NCBI GenBank assembly: GCA_973895155.1
Contig: OZ316895.1
Location: 15,692,816 to 15,756,815 of the forward strand
Direction of reading: 5' to 3'
Source of the DNA: Marsupella aquatica
Lineage: Eukaryota; Plantae; Marchantiophyta
DNA length: 64,000 nucleotides
Shown here: piece after piece, positions 11,491-24,120 of the stretch
Layout: every line of letters starts with the position of its first letter
Numbering within the stretch: the stretch's first letter is position 1
Notes under the pieces: model-generated
Told to the model about the DNA's origin: nothing
Database searches by the model: none
What the model saw: the letters and a program-made list of their open reading frames with translations, nothing else
Made by a program: the position numbers and the translations under genes

Positions 11491-12351
11491 TCACAATATG
11501 TCATCATCATCGAGTAAATCTACCTCATGCGAGCTCGATGCCGCGTTAGCAGATGCAGTAGGGACCTTTACTCGACAATCCCTTTTCATGTGGCCAGGCT
11601 TGCCACAATTCCAACATGCAAGAGGCTTCCTCTCTTGCGATTTCCCTCTGGATTTAGATCTCCCCCGTGATGTAGATCTAAACTTGTTCTGCCCATTTGT
11701 GCGTTGCGCTGCTCTTCCCCGGTTCACATTCAGCGCAGTGCCAGAAGAAGATGCTGTCTGTGATTGACCCAACTTCTTCTGAGCATCATCAGACAACAAG
11801 GAGCTCACCACCTCATTATACGAAATGGACTTCAGATCTCTGTACAAGAGCACCTGTTTCAAGCCCTGATATGACGACGGTAAGGAGCTTAGCAGAAGCA
11901 AGGTCTTATCCTCATCTTCAACTCCTTTTCCCAGGTTTGACAGATCCACCGCTAGACTGTCAAATTCATCTAGATGATCCTGCATCTTGCTCCCTTCCTT
12001 GAGCCTGAGGCTCATCAAGAGAGACTTCTTATACAGTCGGTCTGACGCATCTTCCCGGTAGTACTTCTCTCTTAGAGCCTTGAATAGTGACACACAATCC
12101 GCATAATCATCCAGCTGCTTGATGATGTGCGGCTTGAGATAAAGCATCACTGCATTGACAGCAATCACCTGTTCTTGTCTCCACTGCTTCTCTGAGATCT
12201 CCTCCTCTCCATCATACTGCTCTCGCGAAGAGAGCAGATGAGCTAAGCCCATGGCCCGAAGAACACCCTTCACTTGCTTCTCCCACAGCAAGTAATCAGT
12301 ACGACCATCGTACTTCTCCACCTCAAACTTTACTCCTCCAAATCTAGCCAT
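11491..12351 (-). CDS. gag: Copia gag (286 aa)
   Basis: MARFGGVKFEVEKYDG...LLLSSLPSSY, CCHC zinc knuckle CWNCGKPGHMKRDC; ends at TGA 11493-11491. Confidence 0.93.
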   Translation of the reverse strand: MARFGGVKFEVEKYDGRTDYLLWEKQVKGVLRAMGLAHLLSSREQYDGEEEISEKQWRQEQVIAVNAVMLYLKPHIIKQLDDYADCVSLFKALREKYYREDASDRLYKKSLLMSLRLKEGSKMQDHLDEFDSLAVDLSNLGKGVEDEDKTLLLLSSLPSSYQGLKQVLLYRDLKSISYNEVVSSLLSDDAQKKLGQSQTASSSGTALNVNRGRAAQRTNGQNKFRSTSRGRSKSRGKSQERKPLACWNCGKPGHMKRDCRVKVPTASANAASSSHEVDLLDDDDIL

Positions 12352-14228
12352 CTGTCTCTTCTTCCCAACTACCGACAACTCTGGTAGTAAGACAGCTTCC
12401 TCCACTGCACGTCGCACCGGTGATCATACCGGTGTTACTTGTTCTTTCTCAAATGGTAGCAGCTCCTCCTCAGACTCTCCGTCTGACCATCGTGATCCTC
12501 AAGCTCCACCGACGCCAATTCTTCCAGTATCCTCCGAGTCACTCATATGAAACAATCACGAAAAAACGTCTTTTTTCGAAACTTCTCATAAAACTCAAAA
12601 CTCAACACCACCGCGTAGCCCACGAAGCTAGGAATCCAATACTGAAAGCCGAAATCAAAATCAAAATTCGACGGAAAAGTTATTCAAATTTCGGTTGGGG
12701 TGGGTAAAACCTTGGAAAACTCCCCCGTTTTGACCACCTCGGAGAATAACCGAAATACCAAGTACAACCCGTCGTCAGAATCGCGATGTGATCGGTGCGC
12801 CGCGTTGCTAACTCTAGTGGCAACGTCCTCACCAAAAAAGAACCAAAAAAGTTACCGTTCGGCGGACAGAATCTTTGTCGGACGGCCAAAAAACAGCTCT
12901 CTGTTTTTCGGGAATATTCCCGCACAGTCTGACAGGTCTCACAGGGGGCCGTTCCCCCTGTCGGAGCGGTTAAAACGGAGGGTCACCGGTCCCGGGACAG
13001 CCAATAAAAAGCCGGCAAGAATAAGACCAAAAAATGGCCCTAAAGGGGTGCAAATCGCCCTAAATCGAAAAAATACGAGTATAAAAAGGCGCATCCGCAT
13101 CGCCTAGACGCGAGGCGGGCTAGGGGGCGTATAGGGTATTGAGGCGGGGGCCAAGAGTAAAAAAATACAGCCGCCAAGGCAGGCAGCCGGTGCCGCGTAG
13201 TAGCGAGCACCTGCAAGGGCGCGCGGGGCGAGGTAGGAGTCGCGACAGCCGGCCGGCAGTCGCGAGGGCGTTGAGAAGGGTCGGCAGCCAAAGGGCGACC
13301 GGAGGGGGAGTAAGGGGGGCGCGGGGTATACACGGGGGCACGTAAGGACCAGCTGCCGGGCGGCTATGATTGCGCCGGCCGGCGCTGCGCAGGGCCGAGG
13401 CGTGAGTAAAATACGGGGTGCGAGGGAGGGGAACAATCGGGGTCACGAGGAGGGGCCGGGAACGAGGTGTGTGTATACACCTCGTGTATACACAAAAGGG
13501 GCCCCAAATAACCCCTTTAATAAACCAAAACACTCCCCCGGGATAAAATGAAGGAAAAAAACTCACCTAATAGCCGTTGTTTTAAGTGAGGAAAGTGAAC
13601 GCCATCGACGGGAAAAGTTGCCGAATTGCACCGGCATAGTCTGCAGCTCCAGCAAAGTGAATAATTTCCGCCGTGTCGTCTTCACTCCGTGTCAAGTGCC
13701 AATCCCGGGCTCAAAATAACCGCCTCGCCGCGATCAAACCATTGAGCAGTAGCACTTCGCGTTTCTTCTACCGAGTTGTACGTCACGAAGAGAAACCTGG
13801 TTCAGATGTGAACAAGCTCCATAGCTTGTGAAAAAACCTGAACGCCTCCTTCACTCGTCACAACGCACTTGGTGACAACTCGGCAGCAACTCAGCTACCG
13901 AAATGACCAGCTCGCATCAACCTTCAACTTGAGCTATAATGTGCGATCCCTCCCGCACCGCACAGCTCAAATCGTTGAAAAACGCGATCTCTGGTCTCTC
14001 CCCCAAAAAGCCGTCGAACACGAATAAAACCTGAACGACGCAAATTTCAATTCCTCCGCACCACGGATACCGATCAGCGAGTTCTAACCACCGTTAGAAA
14101 GCCCTCTCACTAACCTATCCGCTCAGCCACACACATTCGAGTTTCATGCGACGAAACTTCAAATGTGCCATCAACAATGAACGCTGGAAAAAACCTGTCA
14201 CGAAAAAACCTTGTCACCTCCCAGGCAT

Positions 14229-14240
14229 GCTCTGATACCA
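14229..14240 (-). other. Primer-binding site complementary to tRNA-iMet
   Basis: TGGTATCAGAGC on the minus strand, 2 nt from the 5' LTR. Confidence 0.95.
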
Positions 14241-14242
14241 CT

Positions 14243-14586
14243 TGTTGAGCATTGACGACATTCGTAATGGCAAGCCCATGAACCATCCAACGCACAATAG
14301 TCGACACAAAGAGATACGTGGTTCACCTCCACATGAGGCTACGTCCACGGGAACACACAAGAGCTTTACTGCACTCTAGGCCGACCGGCCATACCAAGCA
14401 TCCACAACACAAGCTCTCCCTATCTCTCAACTAGCTCCGTAACAATGAGCCTAAGTTCCACCAGGGTCTGGCATCAGCCCTGGCTATATGCACAACAGCA
14501 CTAGCGCTAACATTAGCTAAGTCCTAACCTGAGTTAGACTAACTGTGGTTAGCACAAGAGTCACAAGACTAGAGCAATATCTAACA
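14243..14586 (-). repeat. 5' LTR of the copia element
   Basis: 344 bp, TG...CA, adjacent to the PBS. Confidence 0.97.
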
Positions 14587-15019
14587 GTCCTGGCCTGTCC
14601 TGGCCCGACCCCAGCCTGTCCCAACCGGTCGGGGAATATAAGCAAATATATATCCGACATTTGACCCCTTTTGGAGCCAACAAATGACAAGTTCTCGTGT
14701 CCAACAACACGACAACTTGTCCATCAGTTCAAGCAAGGACTGATTGTGTAGCTTTGTTCAAAAAGGCACATCCAAGCTCTGGTCAAGCTGTGTATAAACC
14801 AAGAGGCACTTATCCAGATATGATTTTGACAGTACTAGACTAGGTGCCCAAGCTTTGAGGGCTATTCTGATTTCCCTATGATTCTCTGTCTTGATTGTTG
14901 AATGGATTGTTGAATGTGCTCAGTGCAACTGAAGAGAATAAATTTCCCTCGGAGTTTCACTTTGGCAAATACTACAGATCACATGTGACAAAGCATTGGG
15001 TTGTTTTGTTGGTTCTAGA

Positions 15020-16235
15020 AAAGACTTGAGAAATTATGTAAGAACATAAAGGGTTGTTTAAATCCAATTTTGAGACTTGTAAGAAAAGATAGGGTTAAAA
15101 ATCCAATTTTGAAATTAATCCAATAATATTCCAAATTAATAAGAGTAAAATTTTCAAAAATTATTTTTTAATTTTTGTTTTTAGGGTCTATGAGACCTAA
15201 AAAAATTTGGGTGATGTGGGGGTCTCCATATAGTCAGACCCCCCAATGTTGCAAGAGCTCACCTTTTCAAATGTGCATACAACTGTCTTCAAAACTGATG
15301 GTCTTCTTCATTGCATGCTTGATGAGAGGCACTGTTGTTCTCTCTACAGACTTCCAAGCTCCCAATGACTCTAATGTTGACCTAACATGACACTTCCATG
15401 GTTTGTATTTGTCAGCCCGGGTTTGGGACTAACACTTTCATGGTTTGTAATTGTCATTGTCTAGTACCTTCAGGACTAACACTTTCATGGTTTGTAATTA
15501 TCAGTGTCTACTAGCTTGGGTACTAACTGTGAATTGAATCCTGGCTCTGTCTAGTTCAATAGATTTGCAGAAACTCAGAGAAATTTCTCCTATCATCTCA
15601 GGCAGTCCGCATCCTGGTGTTGATGATTTCAAGATATTAATTGACCCAAGAATTGACCAGAGCATATGAATCCAATTTAAATCAAACAACATGCCCATAT
15701 ATGATCAAAGGAAGACGAAATGGATGGCAAAAAGCAGAAATTGATTTTGGACGGTCAGAATGTGTTAAAGAAATACATGAAAAATGAAATTTCACACATC
15801 AGTATTCTACTCATATCCCTATAATGTGGTCTCTTCAATTTATTGGACTAATTCTTGAATAGTGGTAGGAAGGGTTTGACTCGCAATATATGTATCCTGG
15901 CCTGTATATATGTGTAGATGGGATAGGGGACAATAGTTCTTCAAGAAAATGATCACGGCCGGACAAAATAGAAATAGTTTCTTCTTGACCAACTTCTTCC
16001 AAGAGCAAAACTTAGGGGTCTCACTATATGGATGCCTCCCCATCACCTGCGACTTTTTTAGGCCTTGGACCCCTAAAATGTAAGAAAAAATATTAATTTA
16101 CAACCCCTATAAAGTTGGTTTGTTCCAAAATTCCAAAATTTTGGTTATAAGATACCTAATGTTCTTATAAGTCTCAAAATTGGATTTAAAAGACCCTATT
16201 GTTCTTCTCAAAAAATTCTTAAGTATTGATTTCCC
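15020..16235. mobile_element. Foldback or MULE-like element with ~230-bp imperfect inverted arms (~15020-15250 / ~16005-16235)
   Basis: aaatccaattttgagacttgtaagaa and ttagggtc...ggtgatg...ccatatagtcagaccc are mirrored by ttcttataagtctcaaaattggattt and ggggtctcactatatgg...catcacc. The interior has ~50-bp repeats (acactttcatggtttgtaatt, 15385-15500). Confidence 0.6.
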
Positions 16236-19200
16236 TTTGAACCAATAAAAAATGATCATATACTTCGTTGCACGTGATGTGCCATTTTTGTGAAATGAAA
16301 CCCCCAGGAGCAAAATAACTCAGCACTCATCCACAAATTGCTTGCAGTGACAGCCACTTGTGTTTGTGTCTCCAGAATAGGTCACCAATTTCAAGCATTA
16401 AACCAGTAATTTTCTCTGTATTTTTGTGTTTTCAGAGCACAGAAGGGATATGATCAATAGAAGTCTGAGTAAGGTGAACAAACTACAACGCCCCAAGGTC
16501 TGTAAGGAAATTGCAAAGCGCATCTGAAGTCAAGAAAAATGAGAAGAGAGAATCCCGAGTCATTGTCGTGTTAAGCCAGCGCACCATTACTTTAAATACC
16601 TCTTTGTAGGGGGTGAGGAACGCACATGGAATCCCAGAGGGGGAAACAGTGGGCTTCCAGGCTGGAGGGCACAGGCCGGGTAGGTTTGTACTCTTGAGGG
16701 AAAATGGAATACAATCCTTACCCTTGTTTTTCTTTTTCCTCGCTTTGCCCTCCTCTCCTCCCAGCCGCCCCCCCCCCCCCCTCAACTCACTGGAGTGATT
16801 TGGGACAGCATTGGTTAATTTTCACCAAAACGGCAGCCAATGAAGGGCTATGTGTTGTCCGATTATTGTGGTTTTGTTGTGGAAATTAGTTGTGTTTGCT
16901 AAGAGGACATGGGAGCTCCCCCCCCCCTCCACTTCTCTTTCTTTCCTCCCTTTCCCTTGTCTCCCCCAGGCCACCCCATTCTCCCCCCTGTTGCATGCAT
17001 CTCCCCTCTCATCACGCCCAGTCCCTACCTGCCTGGCCCCTCTCCTCATGTGGCCTGTCTCCCCTAACTTGCCATTAGACCCCCCAGACACAGCATGATC
17101 AAATTGCCTTACAAAAATGGAAAAAACAGTCCAATGGCTGGCAAGAGTTCCCACCCCAGATTGGATATTGTAGACAGACCATGTGGGAGTTTTGGTGGCA
17201 TTGCATATATAGATGATACATTTTGTTGTGTCAGTGACTATGAAAGGAAGACCCAGCCCATAAATACATATCCATGCTCAGGTAGAGGTTCAATTCCTCA
17301 CTCAAATTTCTCCTCATTACCCTCTGATACACTTTGCTGCTGAGCTTTACCAGACTGTTCAATTTACTGCTATTAAGTAGTTTAGTTCCTTTGCTGTAGT
17401 GTGGGACTCTCGTTTCTGGTTGCTCTTTGGATATCCTAGGGTTCTTTTAATTGTATCCTCCCCTTCATTGGGTCTCCTGACTTTGGGATTGATCTTGTCT
17501 CTTGGTTTGAGGCTTTTTGTTCTTTGACACTAGATATATAGTGACTTGCCTTTTGTTCTTTGATTCTGATATGTTTTAACATGTATATCTTCCCATTTCA
17601 TCAATAGTGCACCTTACCTCAACCTTTCACATCGGTCTCTACCATGAAGTTAAACCATGCAAGGTCTTACGCTCGTGCCTCACAAAGTCAAAAGTTAGTT
17701 TGACACTTGCTCACTGGAAACCCTGAACCCCAGCTTGAACCCTAAAAAGATCCTCCATCCTAATAAACCTTGTGCTTGTTGTCAACAGCTCGAGTTGCAT
17801 GGGTTTTGTCATAAGTTCCCAGTTTTGTCATTTCAGCGTCATGAGTTCCATCTGTCCTTCAACTTCTGTGATGGTGAATGACTGCAACCGTTGAAATCTT
17901 CAAACCTCAATGGGAGGAGGAATTTTAGAAGGCAGCTGCTAATAACTACTTGTTTATGACTCATTGACTTTATTGTGCGGTATGTAGGGTGAAGAGGAGT
18001 CGCAGATCTACAAGTTGTTGACAAACACAGCCTGAACTGCAACATTATGAATGTGGTATAATCAGTCAAACTTGTCTACAGTGTAACATATAGGTCACGA
18101 TTTAGAGATTCTGCGTTCACTGTGGAGAAGAGATTCTGAATTGACTTTATATCGTCCCCTGATTCATTCTTCTCTCCAGGTTTCTTGGGGTTTGCAATTG
18201 CCCTCGTCTATAAATTGTCTTCGTCTCTTCCAATTTCCTGATTAGTTCGACCTCTTCTGCCTTTGTACTCCGTTTGGTCCTTTTTAGTATATTGGTAGTT
18301 TTTCTCCCTGATTTCAGTACTTGATTCCAAGAAACAAAATGTACAGTTACCAAGAGTGTTATCTTGTCTGCTTGATTTGAATCACAACAGACCATCTCTT
18401 AGTTTACACAAATCTCTAGAGTCTGACCAAGGTCTAGGTTCCAAACTGGCTTTTGACAAATTTGTGGAATCTAGCACGAAGTTCGAGTCAGATAGCCTTG
18501 GAAATTGGTCCCGAAGAGTACTCCTGAAAAATCTCGCCCCTCATGCATGTCCACTGATTTGGGAAAGCATTGAAATTGACATGCAAAGTCAGCTTCACTC
18601 CCAATCAGATTCTCAGACATATATGCAATAGCCAGCTGAGAGTCCTCGATGTCTTATATTCAACGCGTTCATTTCCACTTGAAGGACAGAATCAAAATAA
18701 TCAATCATTTTAGAGGCTTTTAAGTCGTGGGGATTCTGACTAGTGGAGATGGGTGTTCCTTCGGGGAAAATGCTGAATCACAGTAGATACAGCTGGGAAC
18801 ATATGAGATCAGAGAGGTTGCTTCAGTTTGAAGTGGAGACTGTGGTCCAGTTAATTTGAAGCCCAATGACTTGATAATAACGTGCCCCACCTTCCTCTTT
18901 GATTTGTGGTGCAACAAAATAAATAGTTTCGTGACCGTCCCTTCGATACTCTTACACGAATGTCAAACGTTCTCTTTACTCAAGTCAGTCCGGATGGTCG
19001 GTTTACTCTCCTTTATATTTTTCCCTTGAGAATTTTTCGTTGGGGACTCTGGGATATTGGCAGCAAACCTGAAATTTGATGTTGATTTCGCACAAGCTCT
19101 TAGTTCAAACTAACATGCACTAATTCTGCAACTCAAGCTAAGGAACTCCACCACTGACTGAAACAATCTTCACCAAACACATAGGACGTCCGCTCCAACA

Positions 19201-19949
19201 TGAAGATACAAAGAAAGGCAGGCGTTTGAACTTCAGGTTGAGAAACCTATGCAAATCGAGCTAGCAGTCAATGCAATCTTTCCATCAAGATCATTAGATG
19301 AGAACTGAAGGCCCCCATTAGGTTATAGGTTATTAATCCCAGTCAACGCGTGCTTGGAGAAGGCCAGAGAAAGCACCTTGCGAGAGAGCGTTATCGACGT
19401 ATCTGGATTAATGCTTCGTCGTCCTTCAAGGAACCAAGACCAGTGAATGGAACGCCTGCCGTGTTCTTCCAGCAAGTAACAGACACGAACCGGACAAAGA
19501 CCCCAGTCAAGACCGGCGATGAAGAACTCCCCAAGAGATCGAAGAAAACGAGCACGAACAATGCATTTCATGTTGAAGAAAAGAGTTGACAAATGCGCGT
19601 CCGGGCAGGATGCAAAAAGTTCCTGTCAAAAGATGGTTTCAACTAGCAAGGCAATCGGGAAAAGCAAGATCCTCCATTAAAATAAGAATCTCCCAATATT
19701 AGGTGGACAGAGTGGAAAAAAAAGCTACAAGACAGTGACGAATCAAATAGTTGTCGCTCTTTATGTTGACTTTCGTGGAGCTCTGACAAATCGTAGATGA
19801 TCGTGCGGGTCAGTGCAATACAGGTTGTGTAGAGCGTACCTTGCAAATCAGAATCCATACATTCATTTCTGTCACCGGCGGGTCACGGATTCCACCGTGC
19901 GCTAACATTATTATGCTCCCAGTTGTGATGAGTGTGCCAGATAGAAATT

Positions 19950-21030
19950 CAAGAAATATATATATATTTTTTACAGAAAAAGGTCAAATAGAGTACAAAA
20001 GAATAAACAAGAGAGGTCCCAAGTGAACAAAACAAAACTCAAAAAAAATGAGCAAAAAAAAACCCTAAAAACCAAAAAAGAGGAACTAAAAGAAGTGAGT
20101 AAAAGAAAACCCCTTAAAACCAAGAAAGAGAAACTAAAACTATCGCAAAGGGACCGAGGTCCTCATCATACCTAGCAAATATGGCAACAAGCTAGTGGTC
20201 TATATCAAGTGTCGAAACTAGATCGGCAAGTGGGACAGGAATGTCCTCTAGGGGGGCTAGCCGTTGCGGAGTCACACTAGCACCCACTGTCAGAGATCGA
20301 CGATAGACGGCCCGAGCTTGAGCACGTTGTAAGGTGACTGAAATGAGTTGGCGAAAGTGCGTGGTCAAAACAGATAGCGGGGGCCCGGTGGGACCCATCC
20401 GACCGTGAACATCCCGAGCAGTTTGGCGAAGAAGCCCGTCGAACTGATGATGGAGACGCCCAAATATCTCAAGAGCAAGGGGCAGGAAGCTATCAGATGA
20501 AGCTCGTGCAGCATATTTGGCCTCCTTCGTTGTTGCTGCTCGTGATGCTGCTGCCCCTGCCGTTGTTGCCGCTATCCCAATGATGTCTTGGCGCAATGGG
20601 TTTGCCACCACTACATCTGCCAAAGTATGGTGACCTTCACAGACCATGGTAAGATCCACCGTAACCGCTGTGATGGAGGACCAGGTAACTCGAGCACCAC
20701 CTCCCGCCGCGCGCAAACCAAAGAGCCAGAGAGAACCTGAGCAGTCGCATCTCTCACAGCGTCGTGAACAAAAATGGTTTCACCGCCCAAACTGCATCGA
20801 AGAAGATGGACACCTATGGCATCACAAGGCTTCCCACAAGTGCAAGTAGGAGGTAAACCAGCAAGAAGTGGGTGGGGCAAGCCCATACGAAGACGCATGG
20901 CTGTCGCAAACTCCGTTGAGACATCCGCAGGTGAGGAATGACTGGATTGGCCTGAAGCCAGCCTCCTGCGCCCTTCCCTCCGGAAGAAAGAATCCGAGCT
21001 CGGTCCGTGTCAGGTGCCTCGGTGAGGATA
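19950..21030 (-). mobile_element. CRE-like (RLE-type) non-LTR retrotransposon, 5'-truncated, frameshifted copy
   Basis: Pieces 20814-21044, 20611-20898 and 20192-20716 join into the same protein as 22649-24103, with frameshifts near 20920 and 20660; shared T-rich (minus-strand) 3'UTR. Confidence 0.85.
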
Positions 21031-22289
21031 GAAAGTTTCCGCAAACTTCGTTAAAGAAAGTACAGCCAAAACGTCATTTAGGGTGGCTTTACAAGACGTT
21101 GGGGGCAGTTTCTACATTTTTTTGGTGTCCAAGATCTGATCAAGGCCATCCATTTGAGAGAAATTGCTGCTATTCACTTTAAAAAACCTTGGGGGCACTT
21201 TCAACCGAACCTGTTACCAATCCTACATGGAATGCAGTGGAGCCCAATTTTTGCTTATGTCCTAGATTTTAGACCACCTCTCTTGGAGGTCTCTTCTTCT
21301 GGCCGCTTGGTCCATTTCTATTTTAAGTCATTTGTAATAAAAAGGGACCCACAAGTCCTTCATAAGATATTCTCTTCTCACATTCACGTGACATTCAGGT
21401 GGAGTGGGTCCTTAATCTGTCTTTTAGTCAATTAATCTTGCACCATTGGTTGCACTTGGCTTTACAAGACCTTGGGGGCAATAGAAGGTTTCAAAAAATA
21501 TTTAGTGTGTGCAATGGCCCTCCAATTTGCTTTGGTAAAAAAAACTCCCAAGTGCCCCCTACGTCTTGTAAAGTCCTCCTTAATCATAATTTCCAGGACC
21601 TCTTTCTCCTCTTTCTCTAGGAAAGGAGACAGTCTCGCTCACCCAAGTATACAGCAAATTCTTCTAATTAACCTTTCTCATTTGTTGGCAAACGCGTGCT
21701 AGACATCTTGTCATCCCCATGTAATGCAGTGGCATTTGCGATTGTGGAGACTTGGGCGATTCTAGTTGGGTCATCCAGCTAGGAAACACTTGTGCACTAA
21801 CAGTCAATGGGAACACGGTTTTTTGATTTGTCTGGATCCTTTCAGACAACATAAAATCTGATGAGAATATATCCAAATCAGTCGATTGGAGTAGCACTGT
21901 TTTAGCTAAACATTTTTAGGCCTGCAGATCGAGTCTTACAGAAGTTTTAAGACTTATCCAAGAAGAGTTATATTAGTTAATTAGCCAAGAATTTCTCCGT
22001 CCCTGCTTTTTAGAGCGAATAAAAATATGGGAGAATATAGGAGAATGCTAACAGATTGATGGCATTTCAAACAAACGAATCGGACGATGTGAACAGTTTG
22101 ACATTCAATTAAACCGTTTGAACGAACTGTTCACCAGCTGGGCTGGGTGGACAGGATTGGCGTTTGGGACGCATAGAGTGAGGACGTCAAACTCACGACG
22201 CTTCCAAACTTCAAGAAGTAGAGTTTCGTTCAATGAAACAGAGAAATCAATGCTCCTCGTAGGAATGGGGGCCAATTTATTGATAAGTT

Positions 22290-24120
22290 AGGGCCAAACA
22301 AAGTACAAAAATGCTAAAGAGATAGAGGTAGAGAGAGGAGACACACAAAACAAAAAAGAAGAGGGCCAAACAAAGTACAAAAAGCTAAAGAAATATAATA
22401 AAAATATACACACTTTTTATATACAAAGGGACCAAACAGAGTACAAATGAACAAACAAAAGAGGGCCCAAGTGGACAAAACCAATCGAAAAAGAAGTGAG
22501 CAAAAGGGAAGCACTAAACACCAAGAAAGAGGAACTAAAAGTAAGAAATGAACAATAGGGAACCCCTAAAAACCAAGAAAGAGAGAGAGACTAAAACTAA
22601 CCCAAGCGGACCGAGGTCCTCATCATTCCTACCGATTGTGGCAAAAAGCTAATGGTCCACATCAAGAGTCAAAACTAGATCGGCAAGTGGGATTGGAACA
22701 TCCTCAAGGGGAGCTAGCCGCTGCGGAGGCACACTAGCACCCACTGTAAGAGATCGACGATAGATGGCCCGAGCTTGAGCACGCTGTAAGGTGACTGAAA
22801 TGCGTTGGCGAAAGTGCGTGGTCAAAATAGAAAGCGGGGGTCCGGTGGAACCCATTCGGCCATGAACATCCCGGGCAGCTTGCCGAAGAAGCCCATCAAA
22901 CTGAGGATGAAGACGCCCAAATAGCTCCACAGCAAGGGGGAGGAAGCTGTCGGATGAAGCTCGTGCAGCATATTTGGCCTCCTTCGTTGTTGCCGCACGT
23001 GACGCTGCTGCCCCTGCCGTAGTTGCCGCTGTCCCAATGATGTCTTGGCGCAATGGGTTTGCCACCACAACATCTGCCAAAGTACGTTGACCCTCACGGA
23101 CCATGGTAAGATCCACCCGTAACCGCTGTGATGGAGGACCAGGTAACTCGAGTACCACCTCCCGCCGCACGCATACCAAAGAGCCAGAGAGAACCTGAGC
23201 AGTCGCATCTCGCACAGCGTCGTGAACAATAATGGTTTCACCTCCCAAACTGCACCGAAGAAGATGGACACCTGTGGCATCACAAGGCTTCCCACAAGTG
23301 CAAGAAGGAGGTAAACCTGCAAGAAGTGGGTGGGGCAGCCCCAGACGAAGACGCATGGCTGTGGAGAACTCCGTTGAAGACATCCGCAAATGAGGAATGA
23401 CTGGATTGGCCTGAAGCCATCCACCTGCGCCCTTCCCTCCGGAAGAAAGAATCCGAGCTCGGTCCGTGTCAGGTGCCTCGGAGAGGATGCTGGAAAGGGT
23501 GAAAGTGTGCATACGCCCAGCGAGGTCTGCCTGAAGACGAACGGGATCCAAGGATAAAAACTCCTGGAAAGAAGGTAACGCGGCGCGAACGGGATCTGGT
23601 AATGAGGACCGCGCTGCGCGCAAATGAACCTGAAACGGGAGGGAACCCTCCTCTACCTCCATGAGAGATGAAAGTAAAAAAGGGCGATCCTCAATAAGAA
23701 AACGATCGGCCAACAACGAGAAGGCGGCCGCCCATGCACCCAAAAAGGCCAAAGGTGCAAGGCTCTCAATGGAAGTAAGCCCAAAACCACCCTGCGAAAT
23801 AGGAAGACTGAGTTGTCGATGAAGCCACGGAGATGAGAGCAACGTACCCGGACCTAAAAGAGAGGCCAGGGTCTGACGAATGGAGACATCAAATGCTCGA
23901 AGGTGGAGACAAAGATCCTCGGTAGGGGGATGCGTCCTAGCCAGATAAGACGCACGAGGGTGGATGCACCTCAACAACATCCCAAATGCTGCCTGAGAAT
24001 CTGCTAACTTAGGGAGCATAGGAGTATGGGCTAAGGCAGCCTGTATAGAGTCAGCGAAATAGGCTAAAGAAATAGAGGTACAGCGAGGAGACACACAAAA
24101 CAAAAAAAGAAGATGGCCAA
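22290..24120 (-). mobile_element. CRE-like (RLE-type) non-LTR retrotransposon, 5'-truncated, with an open C-terminal ORF (22649-~24060)
   Basis: LPISQGGFGL (post-RT motif), GAGGWL, RLRLGLP, zinc knuckle CTCG..D..GVHLLRC...HDAVRD, and RLE motifs RVD...DVVV...K..KY...FLPLAVELFG; RT core absent. Confidence 0.88.

Larger units (their letters stand above)
8183..14586 (-). mobile_element. Ty1/copia LTR retrotransposon, structurally complete but disabled
   Basis: Two 344-bp TG...CA LTRs, 5-bp TSD GTCCT (8178-8182, 14587-14591), tRNA-iMet PBS, PPT, and gag-PR-INT-RT-RH domain order. Confidence 0.98.

Noticed and set aside
12420-13566. Extra or env-like ORFs in the copia leader
   Set aside because: Short overlapping ORFs on both strands, expected from high GC; no recognisable domain.
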